This document shows positions 43,820 to 54,785 of a DNA stretch of 64,000 bases, piece after piece. The notes beneath the pieces were generated by a model. It had not been told where the DNA came from, did no database searches, and worked only from the letters and a program-made list of their open reading frames with translations. Within the stretch, counting starts at the first letter, position 1, and every line of letters begins with the position of its first letter. The stretch spans positions 32,001 to 96,000 of IMG/VR virus record IMGVR_UViG_2866816733_000004. One strand, given 5' to 3'. The translations under genes were made by a program, and so were the position numbers. This DNA is from a virus (taxonomy: Duplodnaviria > Caudoviricetes).

Positions 43820-44034
43820 CACGACACCCGGTGGATCTTGATGCGGCCGATGCGGAACATCCACTCGTTGGTAGGGCCGTCCTTCTTGACGCGGGACGGT
43901 ATGTAGACGACGTCGTCGGCCCTATCCGGGTTGGTGGTGTCGGCTTCGAGTTGCTCGACGTCTCTTGGGGGTAGGTCGGCGTACAGGGTCTGGGCGGGCC
44001 CGTTGGCGGGCCGGAACTCAATCTCGATCTTCAA
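43819..44034 (-). CDS. hypothetical protein
   Basis: 71 aa, AGGAG RBS. Confidence 0.5.
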   Translation of the reverse strand: MKIEIEFRPANGPAQTLYADLPPRDVEQLEADTTNPDRADDVVYIPSRVKKDGPTNEWMFRIGRIKIHRVS

Positions 44035-44052
44035 GGGGCTCCTCTGGAGGGG

Positions 44053-44328
44053 TTAGGCCGCGGCCTGCTGGCCGGGACGAGCGGTGTCGGCGAGCGCGAA
44101 CAGGCGCTTCCAACCGGCGACGGTGAGCTGGTAGCGGACTCCGCCGTCGACCGACTGGACGATGAGGCCCCCGCGGGCCTGGACGTCGATTTGCGTCTTG
44201 ACGGTGTCCGGGGTTAGCCCCGCCACCGTTGCGATCTCGCGGCACGTTGACGGGCGCTGTGCGGCGCGGAGGATGGCGTGCTCAACGTCGTCCCAGATGC
44301 TCGACGAGAAGCGGTTGGTCGTGATCAT
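44053..44328 (-). CDS. winged-HTH protein
   Basis: STCREIATVAGLTPDTVK.QI.....GGLI......RYQLT..G. Confidence 0.68.
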   Translation of the reverse strand: MITTNRFSSSIWDDVEHAILRAAQRPSTCREIATVAGLTPDTVKTQIDVQARGGLIVQSVDGGVRYQLTVAGWKRLFALADTARPGQQAAA

Positions 44329-44346
44329 TGGAGAGGCCCTCTCGGG

Positions 44347-46419
44347 TTAGGCGGCGCACCTATAGCGGCCGGTTCGGGGTCGGGTGAGATAGCCGGCCTC
44401 GACGAGTTCCTTCAGGAGGTCGGCGACCTGGCGGTGCTTGAGGCCAGTGGCGGCTTCGATCTCCACGGGGCGGGTAGCGCCTGCGTGGACGGCGTTGACG
44501 ATCGCGAGTCGTGAGCCAGCGAGCTCGGGAAGGCCGCGGCGTGGCGAGGCTGGTGCGATGTTCTCTAGATCTGCGGGGATGAGTGCGCGGGGGAATTCGA
44601 TGACCTCGCCCATCTCTCCCTGTGCGGTCGTGTCCGGAGCGGGCTGCGGGGTTCGCATGTCATCGGGCAGGATGCCGCTGCGGAGCTGCTCAATCCGCGC
44701 GGCTGATGCCACACGACCTGCGGTTGAGGACTCGTGCCGGTCTCGGTAGGCGGTGCCTGCCGCGAGCGTCGCTGTCGCGGCGAGCGTGTCCAAGGCAACA
44801 CTCGGCTGCGTAGCGAGCCAGCCCCGGGCGACCTCCGAGCTCTCCCCCGGGGTGGTGTTGCGGTTCCGGAACGGCGCGGTCCGGGTCCCCGTTTGCGGGG
44901 TGCCCTGTATGTACCCGTATCCGGGGATGTCCGGGAGGTGGCGTGGATCCACATCCAACCCGGGCATCAGTGAACCAGCCGTCTTGGAGGACACGTGCAA
45001 GGCGATGGCGTTGCCGGCCATGATGTTCATCCGCAGGGCCTCGGAGTTCCCGAAGGTTTCCAGGCCGGGGTACTGCGACAGGCAGATGAACGCGATGCCG
45101 ACTTTGCGTCCTTCGCGGGCGATCTTTGCCCACCACGGTTTCCACGCCTTCACGCTGAATGGGTTGTGACACTCCTCCACGACGAACAGCAGCCCGGGCC
45201 GCTGGGGGGACGGGGTGAACCCGGTCAGGCCCTCGTAGGAGTTCTCCTCCCCGCGCGCTTTGAGGATCTCCACCGCGGCGAACAGCATGTCCTCGGCGTT
45301 GACCATGGTGCCGAACCAGTCGGCGTGCTCGGCCAACGCCGGCGACGATCCGCCGCCCTGAGGGTCGAGGTACCAGAACACGGTGTCGCCACCCGACAGC
45401 GCGGAGATGACCTTGTTCTCCGCGACGCGGGATTTTCCGCTGCCGGTGTCGCCGATGATGGCCATCGACCACATCGAGCCACTGGTGTACAGCCGAGACT
45501 TGGCTTCACCGGACCCGTCCGCCCAGGGGCCGAGGCCGATCAGTCCGTTCTCGCGGCGAGGGCCGTCGAAATTGACGGCGCCGGTGATGGGCGAGTGCTC
45601 AATGACCTGCAACCGGAACCGGGACGGGTACTTCTTCCCGGTGACCGGGTCCGGCGGCGCGGACTCGGCGATGAGGTGTTCGAATTCCTCCTCCAGACCC
45701 GTGGCGATCTTCGGGAGGGCGGCGACAACGTTCTCCAATGTCTGCTTGCCGCGGTCAAGCTGCCCGAGGAACTCATGCCCGTACTGGGTCGGCTTGGGAA
45801 GTGTGAGCTTGGAGTTGGCGAGTGGCCCGCCCGGGCACCCGATGAACGCGTCCCAGTCGTCAATGATCCGGGTTGCCCGGTTGATCGGTTCCTCCTGGTG
45901 CACTGCTTCTGGTGCCTCCTCGGGCGGTGGATAGCCGAGGCGGATGTGCTGCCACCAGCGGGCGGCGAGCCCGTACTCGACTGCGGCGAGGGCGGCGATG
46001 TCACTGGTCGCCACGCCGTAGGGCGCGACGGTCAGCCAGCCCGCACCGAACAGGCCACCTAGGAGGACGCGGCGGCCGAGGCGCCGACGGTGGCGCCTGG
46101 CCCGCTTCGACGTCAGTAGGGCTAGGGGGACTGAGATCCCGGCGAGGATGCCTGACATCCCTGCGGGGCTGACGGCGCCGACCGCCGAGATCGCCTCTGC
46201 GGCCACACCAGCGCCCAGCACGGAGCCCGCAAGCAGGTGAGGTAGCAGCGGGCGCCGGCACCGCCACACCGTGGCGTACAGACTGCGTTGGACTCGCACG
46301 CCGACGCTTTCAGGGCGCCACTCATCCTCGCCGGACTCTTCCCGCAAGTCGGCAGAGCCGGTTTGCTCCTCTTCGCGGAGATCTCCGACGTCAGGTGTGA
46401 CCTTGACGAACGTGGGCAT
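44347..46419 (-). CDS. traB: FtsK/SpoIIIE-like conjugative DNA translocase (TraB-like)
   Basis: N-terminal TM helices, Walker A GDTGSGKS, Walker B VVEECH, IAREGRKVGI..SQYP, C-terminal wHTH; followed upstream by Spd-like genes. Confidence 0.88.
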   Translation of the reverse strand: MPTFVKVTPDVGDLREEEQTGSADLREESGEDEWRPESVGVRVQRSLYATVWRCRRPLLPHLLAGSVLGAGVAAEAISAVGAVSPAGMSGILAGISVPLALLTSKRARRHRRRLGRRVLLGGLFGAGWLTVAPYGVATSDIAALAAVEYGLAARWWQHIRLGYPPPEEAPEAVHQEEPINRATRIIDDWDAFIGCPGGPLANSKLTLPKPTQYGHEFLGQLDRGKQTLENVVAALPKIATGLEEEFEHLIAESAPPDPVTGKKYPSRFRLQVIEHSPITGAVNFDGPRRENGLIGLGPWADGSGEAKSRLYTSGSMWSMAIIGDTGSGKSRVAENKVISALSGGDTVFWYLDPQGGGSSPALAEHADWFGTMVNAEDMLFAAVEILKARGEENSYEGLTGFTPSPQRPGLLFVVEECHNPFSVKAWKPWWAKIAREGRKVGIAFICLSQYPGLETFGNSEALRMNIMAGNAIALHVSSKTAGSLMPGLDVDPRHLPDIPGYGYIQGTPQTGTRTAPFRNRNTTPGESSEVARGWLATQPSVALDTLAATATLAAGTAYRDRHESSTAGRVASAARIEQLRSGILPDDMRTPQPAPDTTAQGEMGEVIEFPRALIPADLENIAPASPRRGLPELAGSRLAIVNAVHAGATRPVEIEAATGLKHRQVADLLKELVEAGYLTRPRTGRYRCAA

Positions 46420-46499
46420 CGCCTGCTCCTCGCGCGTGAACCGGGGGACGTGGCGTCGGGTGAGGCGCCCGACCTCTGTTCGGGCGCCCGGACTCAACG

Positions 46500-47507
46500 T
46501 CAGTCCTGGGTGACGAACTCCTTGTCGCCGGCGCCCTGACGGGCCTGGTAGGCGTCCTTGACGACCATGTCGGCTTCGAGTTCGGCGTGTGCGTCGTCGA
46601 ACGCGGCGGTCAGATGGCTGGCCAGATCCTGGGCGAGGGCGAGCTTGTCGATGACCGCTCCACTGACCCCGGCGTTCCGCATCGTCGAGATCGATATCTC
46701 GGTCGATGCCACTGCGGCCCCCGACTGGGTGGCCATCTCCTGGGTCCACCGCAGTGCGGCGATCAGGTTGGTGGTTTCTCCGGACACGATGTCCTCCTTG
46801 GTGATTGGTGGGGTGGAGCCTTTGCTGCGCCACCGGCTCAGGTCGGTGACGGTCCCTCCGGAGGCCTTGCCGCTGGCGGTGACTTCCTTGTCCTCCTGCT
46901 CGGGGACCACGGGCGGCGCGGCGGCTTGACGGGCTGCGGTGTCCGCCTTCTGCCGGGCGGTCTCCGTCTCCCAGCAGCTGCGGCACGCGAGGACGGTGCC
47001 CTCCGGGGCATGTGAAAGGTGGAGTGGTCGGAGGTTGGCCAGCCGGAACTCGTGGTTGCACAGGTAGCAGCGGGCATCTGGCGCTTGAGGCGCTTCGGCC
47101 GTGGGATCAGCGGACGGCCCCGCCGAAGGCCTTGCAGAAGCCTTAGCGGAGGGTGCGGGGGCCTGGTCGTCGACGGAGGGGTCCATGCGCTCGTTGATCT
47201 CGTAGGCATGATCCTCGGCGTCGGCGAGATCCTTCTTCGCCCATTTGCTGCGGCGACGCGCGGCGGCTCTCTTCGCCATCCGGGCTCGCCGCTCATCGGC
47301 GGACGCGCAGGCATCCGACCAGGCGTTGGCGAAGAACCGTCGGCCCGGGCCCCCACCCGAACTGCCCTTACTTCGCTTCCAACGCTCTTGCTCGCGCCGG
47401 AAACTCGGCGGGTCTTCCCCGCGGGCCTTCCACGACAGGTCCTGGACGGTGTTGCGGGTCAGGTAGTAGGCGATCCACAACGCCAGCAGCAGGTCGAAAC
47501 CCATCAC
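46500..47507 (-). CDS. transfer-region protein upstream of traB
   Basis: N-terminal hydrophobic segment, CxxC...CxxC, C-terminal GETT...VKDAY....AGDKEFV. Confidence 0.62.
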   Translation of the reverse strand: MMGFDLLLALWIAYYLTRNTVQDLSWKARGEDPPSFRREQERWKRSKGSSGGGPGRRFFANAWSDACASADERRARMAKRAAARRRSKWAKKDLADAEDHAYEINERMDPSVDDQAPAPSAKASARPSAGPSADPTAEAPQAPDARCYLCNHEFRLANLRPLHLSHAPEGTVLACRSCWETETARQKADTAARQAAAPPVVPEQEDKEVTASGKASGGTVTDLSRWRSKGSTPPITKEDIVSGETTNLIAALRWTQEMATQSGAAVASTEISISTMRNAGVSGAVIDKLALAQDLASHLTAAFDDAHAELEADMVVKDAYQARQGAGDKEFVTQD

Positions 47508-48894
47508 GACTCCCCAAGATCGGAGACGAACGCGGCGACCTTGGTGTTGACCGTTTCCACTGCGTCCCCGCCGGTCTTCCCGAGGGACCCGCCGATCACT
47601 AGGGCCAGCAGTGTTGGCATCACGACCGCGGCGAACTGGGCGCCCTTGTCGGCCTGCTTGTCGAAGGAGATGTCGGCGACGGCGATCCCGACCATGATGA
47701 TCGTCACCGCGACCGACACCGCGAGCACCAAGTCCGGCTCGTCGGCGAGGTCAGCCGCGCCCTTCCCCACAAACGACACCGAGCCAGCGACCCCCTTGCC
47801 GACAACGGTGTGGGCCAGACCACACCCGGCAGTCGCGGCCAGCAGCATCGTGATGACAGCTACGGCCTTGGCGTTGCGCTGCGAGTTCACTCGCTTGTTG
47901 AACACGTACAGCGTCGCCAGACCGGCGAGCAGCACAACCCATCCCATGATGGTTCCTCCTTTGCTTTAGATGAGCCACGACAGTGGCGGGGCGTGGGACA
48001 GCAGCCACAGCAGCAGCAGCGCCGCGGCGAGCCGGGAAGGTCGCTCGGCGATCCACTCGATGACGGCGCATATCGCGATGGCGGGGAGCGCGACGGTGAG
48101 GGCGTACACCTGGCCGACCTTGCGGGCGGCGCCGTCCTCGGTGGTCCACTCGCCGCGGGTCGTGTACGCCCACACCTTCGCGAGGCCTGCGCGGTCCTTC
48201 GACCACACGTCCGGTGGGGTGAAGGTGACGCGGACCCACGCGGTGACCTCCGCCAGATAGTCACGCGCTGTGATCGTCGAGGTTTCCGCACTGTCGGGTT
48301 GTGACTGTGCGGCTTCGGGGTTACTCTCGCGCGCACCTGCGCGCGTTGCGCGTTGGGTTTCTCCCTCGGGCAGAAAGTCACTGTGCGGACCGCACTGTGC
48401 GGACTGTGCGGTCCCCCGCTCAGGCTCACTGTGTGTCGCCGTCACCGGCTCCTCCTTCCGTCTTGCGGTACAGCCGGTTCCCGGCGTCCACGAGCATTTG
48501 CACGAGCCGTTCAGCGCCTTGCGGGTCCGGGTGGGCCGCGAGCCCGGCCCGGTAGTGATCGGCTGCGATCATGACCCTCGCCCGCGGATCTGTGGTCGCG
48601 GCGAGCGCCTCGTTCAGGCGTTGCAGGCGGCGGGGGAACCGGGCCGTTCGGCGCATCGGCTTGCCCTTCGCGCGGCGGCTACCGGCCACCGGTGCCACCG
48701 CCCGCCAACTGCAACACGGCGATGACCGCGACCAGGACCAGCAGCACGGCTCCGGCCATGAGCAGCGGACGGACCAGAGCGGCGCTCGGCACCGCTAGGG
48801 CGACGATCAAGAACCAGGTGAACGTCGCACCAGCCGCGGACCACACCGCGGCGATCTTGAACCCCGCCTTCGAAGGGAATCGCTGGACGATCAC
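47504..48894 (-). other. four coupled small genes, mostly Spd-like membrane proteins (47504-47947, 47966-48445, 48426-48698, 48679-48894)
   Basis: Hydrophobic multi-TM ORFs between the DUF2637-like gene and traB. Confidence 0.6.
48289..48435. repeat. ACTGTGCGG direct repeats (candidate clt/TraB-recognition repeats)
   Basis: Perfect copies at 48304, 48380, 48394, 48403; degenerate copies near 48290 and 48428. Confidence 0.6.
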
Positions 48895-50273
48895 TGGTTC
48901 ACCGCCTCCTGGTTCGCGTCCTGGTTCACGAGTTCGCGTGCCTCGGTGAGCCGGTTGTAGGCGGTGGTTTTGGTGAACCCGAGGCGTTCGCGAACCACCC
49001 CGAGGGTCACCGCATCCCTGCCGAATTCACGGATGAGGTTCACGACTAGTTGAACCTCGGCGGTCTTCTTCGCCGCACGGTCAGGGAGGTTCGCGGTGCT
49101 ATGAACCTGGTGGGCCTGCTTGGTTCGCGGTTCGGCAGGGGGTTCTTGAACCTGTGGTTCAAGAACCTCGGTTCGCGTTCCCTGCTTCGCCGTGGGCGGT
49201 TCAAGTTCGCGAGGCTGGTGAACCTGAACCTTCGCTGGGCGAGGTTCGTGAACCTGCTCCGCGACTGGTTCGTGAACCTCCACCTGAACCGGCCTTTGTA
49301 CCTCGGCGCGAACCTCGACCCGCGTCGGCGTGAACTCCACGGGCGTGAACTGCCGTCCCTGAACCATGAACCCGGTTCGCTGAACCAGTGACGTAAACCC
49401 CGCCCATGGCGCCTCCGGGGTCAGGTTCGCGAGCGCGTCCGCGTTGTACATCGACCCGAGTTGGGCGATGAGCGCTTGCTGCCGGGCCGGGTCTGCGGCG
49501 AGGCCAGCGTGCGCGACCGCAGACAGCATCGCCCGGTCGAGGCGGTGCTTGGCGAGGTCGATCCGCCAGTCCCGTGCGTCATCCCGGCGGAGTCCACGGA
49601 CCTTAGCGGCGGCCTTGGCGACGCGGGTGAGGCGCCGGTGCGCGTCGACCTCGGAGGCGGTCCGGCCAGACGGCTCCGCGATGCGAAGCCACACTAGGAC
49701 CCGCTCCGGGGTGAGCCGCAGGTGGATCGTGGAGCCGCCGCGGGCCCGGCGACGTTCGATCGACATGCCCCGTTCCCACAGCCACGCTGCCAGCAGAGGC
49801 ATCGCGAGCCGGAACGCCGCCTCGGGCCACTCGTCGGCGTCGGTTGCGGAGAACGCGCCGGACAGGGCGGTGACGACCCACACGGCTATCCCGTCGATGC
49901 CGGCCTTGGCGTCCTCGGGGATCTCGGCCTCGCGGATGTTGCGGCGGGCCCGCATCGCGCACGTGAACGTCACCAACTCGAGGACAGCGAACGCGACGAT
50001 GCGGAGCTCGACAGGGAAGTCGAGGATGTCGCGGAAGAACCGCCACATGCCCTGCGCGGCAATACCGGCGGCGATCACGGCGACGACGAACGTGAGCCGG
50101 TTCTCCAGACTCGCCTTCGCCTCAGGCGCCCCATCGGTCTTGCGCTTGGCGGGCCGCCAAGCCAGGAACGCTTTCCAGGTGAGGACGCCGACGAGGACAG
50201 CCCCACCGGACACCAGGTACGGCCACGCGTCGGCGGCGACCGCCTCAAGTTCGGTGAGGGACGGGGCGTTCAT
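48891..50273 (-). CDS. SpdB/DUF2637-like multi-TM protein with C-terminal HTH
   Basis: About five TM segments; C-terminal VTLGVVRERLGFTKTTAYNRL. Confidence 0.72.
   Translation of the reverse strand: MNAPSLTELEAVAADAWPYLVSGGAVLVGVLTWKAFLAWRPAKRKTDGAPEAKASLENRLTFVVAVIAAGIAAQGMWRFFRDILDFPVELRIVAFAVLELVTFTCAMRARRNIREAEIPEDAKAGIDGIAVWVVTALSGAFSATDADEWPEAAFRLAMPLLAAWLWERGMSIERRRARGGSTIHLRLTPERVLVWLRIAEPSGRTASEVDAHRRLTRVAKAAAKVRGLRRDDARDWRIDLAKHRLDRAMLSAVAHAGLAADPARQQALIAQLGSMYNADALANLTPEAPWAGFTSLVQRTGFMVQGRQFTPVEFTPTRVEVRAEVQRPVQVEVHEPVAEQVHEPRPAKVQVHQPRELEPPTAKQGTRTEVLEPQVQEPPAEPRTKQAHQVHSTANLPDRAAKKTAEVQLVVNLIREFGRDAVTLGVVRERLGFTKTTAYNRLTEARELVNQDANQEAVNQ
48896..49428. repeat. dense GGTTC/GAACC array with GGTTC-NN-GAACC palindromes inside coding sequence
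   Basis: About 15 GGTTC and 15 GAACC counted by eye in about 530 bp; palindromes at 49141, 49156, 49243, 49267. Confidence 0.88.
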
Positions 50274-50593
50274 GCCGCCTCCCGCACAGACACGGTGAGG
50301 CGGCTACGCTTCATCTTCCGGCGCTCCCGCTCCGACAGCCCGCCCCACACACCGAACCGTTCGTCGTGGGCGAGGGCGTACTCCAGGCACTCGGTCCGCA
50401 CCTCGCAGACGAAACAGGTTCGCTTCGCGGCCCGGGTGGATTCGCCCTTCTCCGGGAAGAACGCGTCCGGGTCGGTCTCGGCGCACAGGGCGCGCTCGGT
50501 CCAAGCGGGCACGTCAACGACCGGCAGGGCGGGCGGTGCGGGCGACTCCCACGGCAGTTGGACACGGACGTTGCGGGGTCGAGGCGCAGGCAT
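50270..50593 (-). CDS. whiB: WhiB-family transcription factor
   Basis: WTERALCAETDPDAFFPEKG...CFVCEVRTECLEYAL...FGVWGGLSERER. Confidence 0.95.
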   Translation of the reverse strand: MPAPRPRNVRVQLPWESPAPPALPVVDVPAWTERALCAETDPDAFFPEKGESTRAAKRTCFVCEVRTECLEYALAHDERFGVWGGLSERERRKMKRSRLTVSVREAA

Positions 50594-50696
50594 CGTAGTG
50601 CTCCTCAGTAGGGAAGAGGCTGGCCGGACGGGGTCCGGGTGTCGGGCTGCGAGGTGGGTCGCCGCGGCGGCCGCGGCTTCTGCTGGGTCTGGCGTG

Positions 50697-51074
50697 TCAC
50701 GGCGCACCGCCCACAGCGGGTGAGGTGTCGAGGCGCCAGCCGCGGATCGTGTTCGGGCTGCGGCGCAGGATCCGGTCGGCGACGAGGCCGGGGACGGTGC
50801 CGCCGAGGTAGTCGACGCGACCGCAGATCGACAGGGTCGGCTGCCGGTCGGCGCCGTTGTCGGTGTACGGGGCCAGGAGCACGGCGAGGTCGGGATGGTC
50901 GCGGGGGTAGATAGCGACGCGTACGGCGTCACCGCGGTCCATGAGGTAGCCGCTGTGCCAGACCCAGTCGGGGCCGGTGTGCTTCTGCGGGCCGTTGAAG
51001 ATCCCGGTGACCGTGATCTCGGCACCGACGCAGTGGGCGCCGGAGACCACAGCCTGGATGCTGGAGGTGGTCAT
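50697..51074 (-). CDS. possible OB-fold nucleic-acid-binding protein
   Basis: EITVTG...W....L.D.GD.VRV.IYP...SICGRV pattern. Confidence 0.45.
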   Translation of the reverse strand: MTTSSIQAVVSGAHCVGAEITVTGIFNGPQKHTGPDWVWHSGYLMDRGDAVRVAIYPRDHPDLAVLLAPYTDNGADRQPTLSICGRVDYLGGTVPGLVADRILRRSPNTIRGWRLDTSPAVGGAP

Positions 51075-53740
51075 TCCGCCTCCTTGGGGTAGTACTGCGC
51101 GCATGCCTCGGCGGTGTCGACTGCGTCCTGCCCGCGGCGCGGAGGCCACGTCGCGTCCTCGAGTTCGGCGAGCAGCTCCTCGTCCTCGTCGGGCAGTTCG
51201 ACAGTCATCGACTCCGGGTGAGAGGACGGGGGCTCGTTGATCGCCTTCACGGTGGACCCACACGCAGAACAGAAGAACCAGGGGCCGTACCTGCGGCCGC
51301 TACCGGAGGTCTCGGCGGGCTGGAACTGCCAGATGTGTTCGCCGGAGAGGCGGTGCCACAGGCGTCGCAGAGCGTTCACCGCGGCTCACCCCGGTCCCGC
51401 AGGTTCGCGGCGGCCTGGTCCACGGCGGCGAGGGCCCGGATCGCGAACAGCTCACCCTGGATGAACTCGGCCTCGCCGCTGTCCACCGCGTTGGTCAGCT
51501 CGCGGATGTAGGAGACGCGGCGTTCAGCGTTCATCCCGGGCGGCGGGTCCGCGAGCTTCACGATCCCGCCGGCGAAGTGGAACCCGTACGGGGTGCCGTC
51601 CCCAGCCGTGTCCTCGACCGTGTACTGGAACAGTGCCGTCAGCTTGAACCGGTGCCCGGGCTTGCTGGTGGTGCACTCGCAGACCAGCTTGGGTGCGCCC
51701 GTGTCGCCGCGCAGTTCGTGGGTGCCTTCCAGCCCGTAGCGGCGCAGGCCCATGAAGACCGCGGCCTCGCCGGCTTCGTAGGTGCGGCGCCCGAAGGTGA
51801 TGGTGCCGTTGCTCACAGGGTCACCTCGCGGTTGAGGTCCGCGGCGTGCACGGCATGCCCGTGGGGGCAGCGGTAATGGATCGGACCCTCGTCCAGCGCG
51901 ACGCCCTCATGGGCGGGGCAGTGCGCTGGCGGACGGGTCGACGGGGCGGTCAGGACCCGGGCAGCGGTCATGTTTCGCTCGACCAGGTCAGAGGCGGTGC
52001 GGATCATGACGCGGCCTCCTGCGGTGGGTGGTAGCCGGCGACGGCTCCGAGCCATGTGGCGTGGTCGGCGACGGCGGGGGTGGTGGCGACGTGAGCACCG
52101 GATGCCTGGAGCAGCAGGGCGAGGAGCGCGTCGGCGGACACGCCGGGCGCTGGACGGGTGTCGATGCCGAGGGCGTCGAGCATCTCGCTGAACGCGACCC
52201 TCGCTGCGGCCAATGGCAGCGCATCGACGGGAGATGCGGGGGCGGGGACGACCGTGAGAGCCGGCCGCTCGATAGCGGGGGCGGTCACTTCTGCCTTCCA
52301 TGCTGCTGCCGGTCGTAGGCGTCCCGGACCTTCTTCGGCTCGCCGCCCGGGTAGGTGATGGTCTGCTCGTCGGTTACGCTGGTGAGCATCGGACCTGCCT
52401 TCTTCGCAGTGGGTGAGCGTCCTACTGGCCCCGCCCTGGTGTTCCAGCACCGGGCGGGGCTTCGTGCTGTACGGGGAGCTCTCCGCCGCCCCGCGCGGGG
52501 TCTCTGCCACAGAAGTGCCAAGAGCCTGGACGGGCCTCAGTTCTTGTCCGCGAGGACGTGGCGCGCCATGTCTGTGGTGATGTCGCTCCGGCGCTGGCCG
52601 TAGCGGATCTCGGCGTACACCTCCTCGGGCGTGAACCTCGGATGCTTCGCGGCGACTTCGAGGATGAATCGGGTTTTGGCGTCGTCGAGGTCGGCAGGCG
52701 CTGGCGAGGTACTGCGCTGGAGGGGGCGACGGACGGACCGCTCTCGCTTGTCGGAATAGGTCATCGGTCGTTCTTCCTACTGGTGGATGTGGGGTGGAGC
52801 CCTCCGCCGCCCCGCCCATCAGGGGACCTGACACGAGGGCGTCAGCAGACGAGACGGCGGAGGAGATCATGACGACGCCTTCAGCACAGTGACTTCGTCA
52901 TCGGGGGCCAGGCAGAACGACATGCTTGGGTCGTCGGAGAGCGTCAGGTACACGGTGGGCGCACCACCCTCGCCGTGCTCCCGGTAGGTGGCCTTCACGA
53001 CCGTCGGCCACCGTCCGCCGGCCTTCGTGATCTGCTGGTTGTCGCGGACAGGGCGCCGCCGCCAGCGGGACTTGTAGCGGCACACAACCTTGGTCACGCT
53101 CTGGTCTTCGCGGACCTCGCGGGCCTGGATCGTTTGTGTCTGCTGCTTGCCGCTCATCGGGGCGTCCTCCGGCGCAGCCGCTGGAGGAACACCTGGACCG
53201 GCACCAGCGGCGGTAGGTCGCCGCACGCTGGGCAGTCGTCATGCTGGTGCGAGACGTCGCTGCACTCGGGGTCGAACACCTCGGTGACCTGACCGACGAC
53301 CAGGACGTACACCGCGAGGACGAACCCGGTCCCGAGCAGCAGCTTCGAGTCCTGGATGAAGCCAGTGGCCCCGAGCAGGATCATCGAGATCATGGCCGGG
53401 GAGGGGAGCGCCCGGACGACCCGGCGTGCCTTAGCAGTGCCGTGCGGCGTCGTTCGCTCGGGCTCAGCGTGCGCGACTGTGTGGTGGATGGACAGCGGAT
53501 GGGGGCCCCGCGAGATTCCACGCAGCGTGCGCGGAGTTTCCTCGGGCGTCGGCTCGCCTCTGCCAGACGTGATCATGAGTGGTCCTCTCTCGGTGGGAAG
53601 ACGGTGCGCCAGGCGTCGACCAGGGCACGGCCCCTGTACGAGCCGAGCCGCTCGAGGTACTCCTCGGCAGCTGAGCGCGGAGTGTCGGCGTTGACCTGCG
53701 TCTTGGTGGCTGGCTCGACCTGAGCCGCGGTGTCTTCACG
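51071..53740 (-). other. run of small coupled hypothetical genes (51071-51379, 51376-51816, 51813-52007, 52004-52288, 52285-52389, 52537-52764, 52867-53157, 53154-53576)
   Basis: Repeated ATGA/GTGA overlaps on the minus strand. Confidence 0.55.
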
Positions 53741-53816
53741 TGTCACTGGAGACCTCCGAGCGACACGCCGCGCCGCCATCCCGGAAACGGGATGGGCGGC
53801 GGCAGAGACTTGAGGT

Positions 53817-54233
53817 ATGGGCAGAACCCGTACCCCTCGATGGGCTCGGCGCTTCCGACAGCGCCGTGCCGCCACCCGCATCCCGTCCGGCTATCAGCCC
53901 GGACACGTCCACGGCTTCACCGGAGAAGCCGCAACCATCCCGGTCAGCCGCACGTACTACCGCAGTGACACCTGGGACGCGCCCGAACTGAGGCTCCATC
54001 TGACCGCAACCGTCAACTACCTCGGAAGGATCGCCAAACGCTCCTACGCGCAGGCTTCCAAGCGAGGAGACGTTGACGCGCTCGCCATGCTTGACGCCGA
54101 ACACCGGCCCCTGGCGGACACGGTGCTGATCGCCCCGCACCGCGTCCGGAGTGCCATGGACGCCCGCGGCTACGACGACATCGACCACCGGCCTGACCTT
54201 GAGGACCCTCATAGCTGGTCCTCCGCGGCGTAG
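53817..54233 (+). CDS. hypothetical protein opposing the surrounding operon
   Basis: GAGG RBS, plausible composition. Confidence 0.42.
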   Translation: MGRTRTPRWARRFRQRRAATRIPSGYQPGHVHGFTGEAATIPVSRTYYRSDTWDAPELRLHLTATVNYLGRIAKRSYAQASKRGDVDALAMLDAEHRPLADTVLIAPHRVRSAMDARGYDDIDHRPDLEDPHSWSSAA

Positions 54234-54688
54234 TTCGCGGCCTCCGCGAGGTCGAGTCCGGTTACGCGGCCGGACGCGAGACAGCCACGGAGGCTGACGG
54301 GGATGCCCGCCGCCATCGACGCTGCGAGCCGCAGCGCTCGCGTGGCACGAACAGGTCCTTCAATCTCGCCGGCGTCTAGGGCGGTGACTGCGTCCTCCCA
54401 GAGCACGTGGGCGTGCCGGACACCGCTCGCCCGGTCCCGCTTCTTCGCCACGCGCACGAACCGGGCGACGAAGTCGGGCCGGGCGAGCCAGTACGGAACG
54501 AGCCCCTCCACGGTCGTTTCGATCAGTGCCTGAATAGCGATGTGTTCGCTGTCGGCGACGGCATGGGGGCAGTGCTTCGCGTACGTCGTGAGCCCGTCGC
54601 ACAGGTCTGCGAGCCCGATCGGCTTGGTCTTGCGACTCAGAACATTCAGCACGCCTACTCCTCGCCGCTGCCGGGGGTGTAGAGGCAT
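54209..54688 (-). CDS. hypothetical protein
   Basis: ORF in the minus-strand operon; start uncertain. Confidence 0.5.
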   Translation of the reverse strand: MPLHPRQRRGVGVLNVLSRKTKPIGLADLCDGLTTYAKHCPHAVADSEHIAIQALIETTVEGLVPYWLARPDFVARFVRVAKKRDRASGVRHAHVLWEDAVTALDAGEIEGPVRATRALRLAASMAAGIPVSLRGCLASGRVTGLDLAEAANYAAEDQL

Positions 54689-54785
54689 CCCGGCCGGTCC
54701 GTGTCGAACACGGCCATCGCGAGGGGCGCCTCGTCCTGTTCTGGGCCCGGGTGCACGGGGTCCGTGGACGTCATGTCGGTGGAGT

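Noticed and set aside
48896-49428. CRISPR array or LexA boxes
   Set aside because: No constant-length repeats with unique spacers and no cas genes; the sites are not TCGAAC-N4-GTTCGA and lie inside a CDS.
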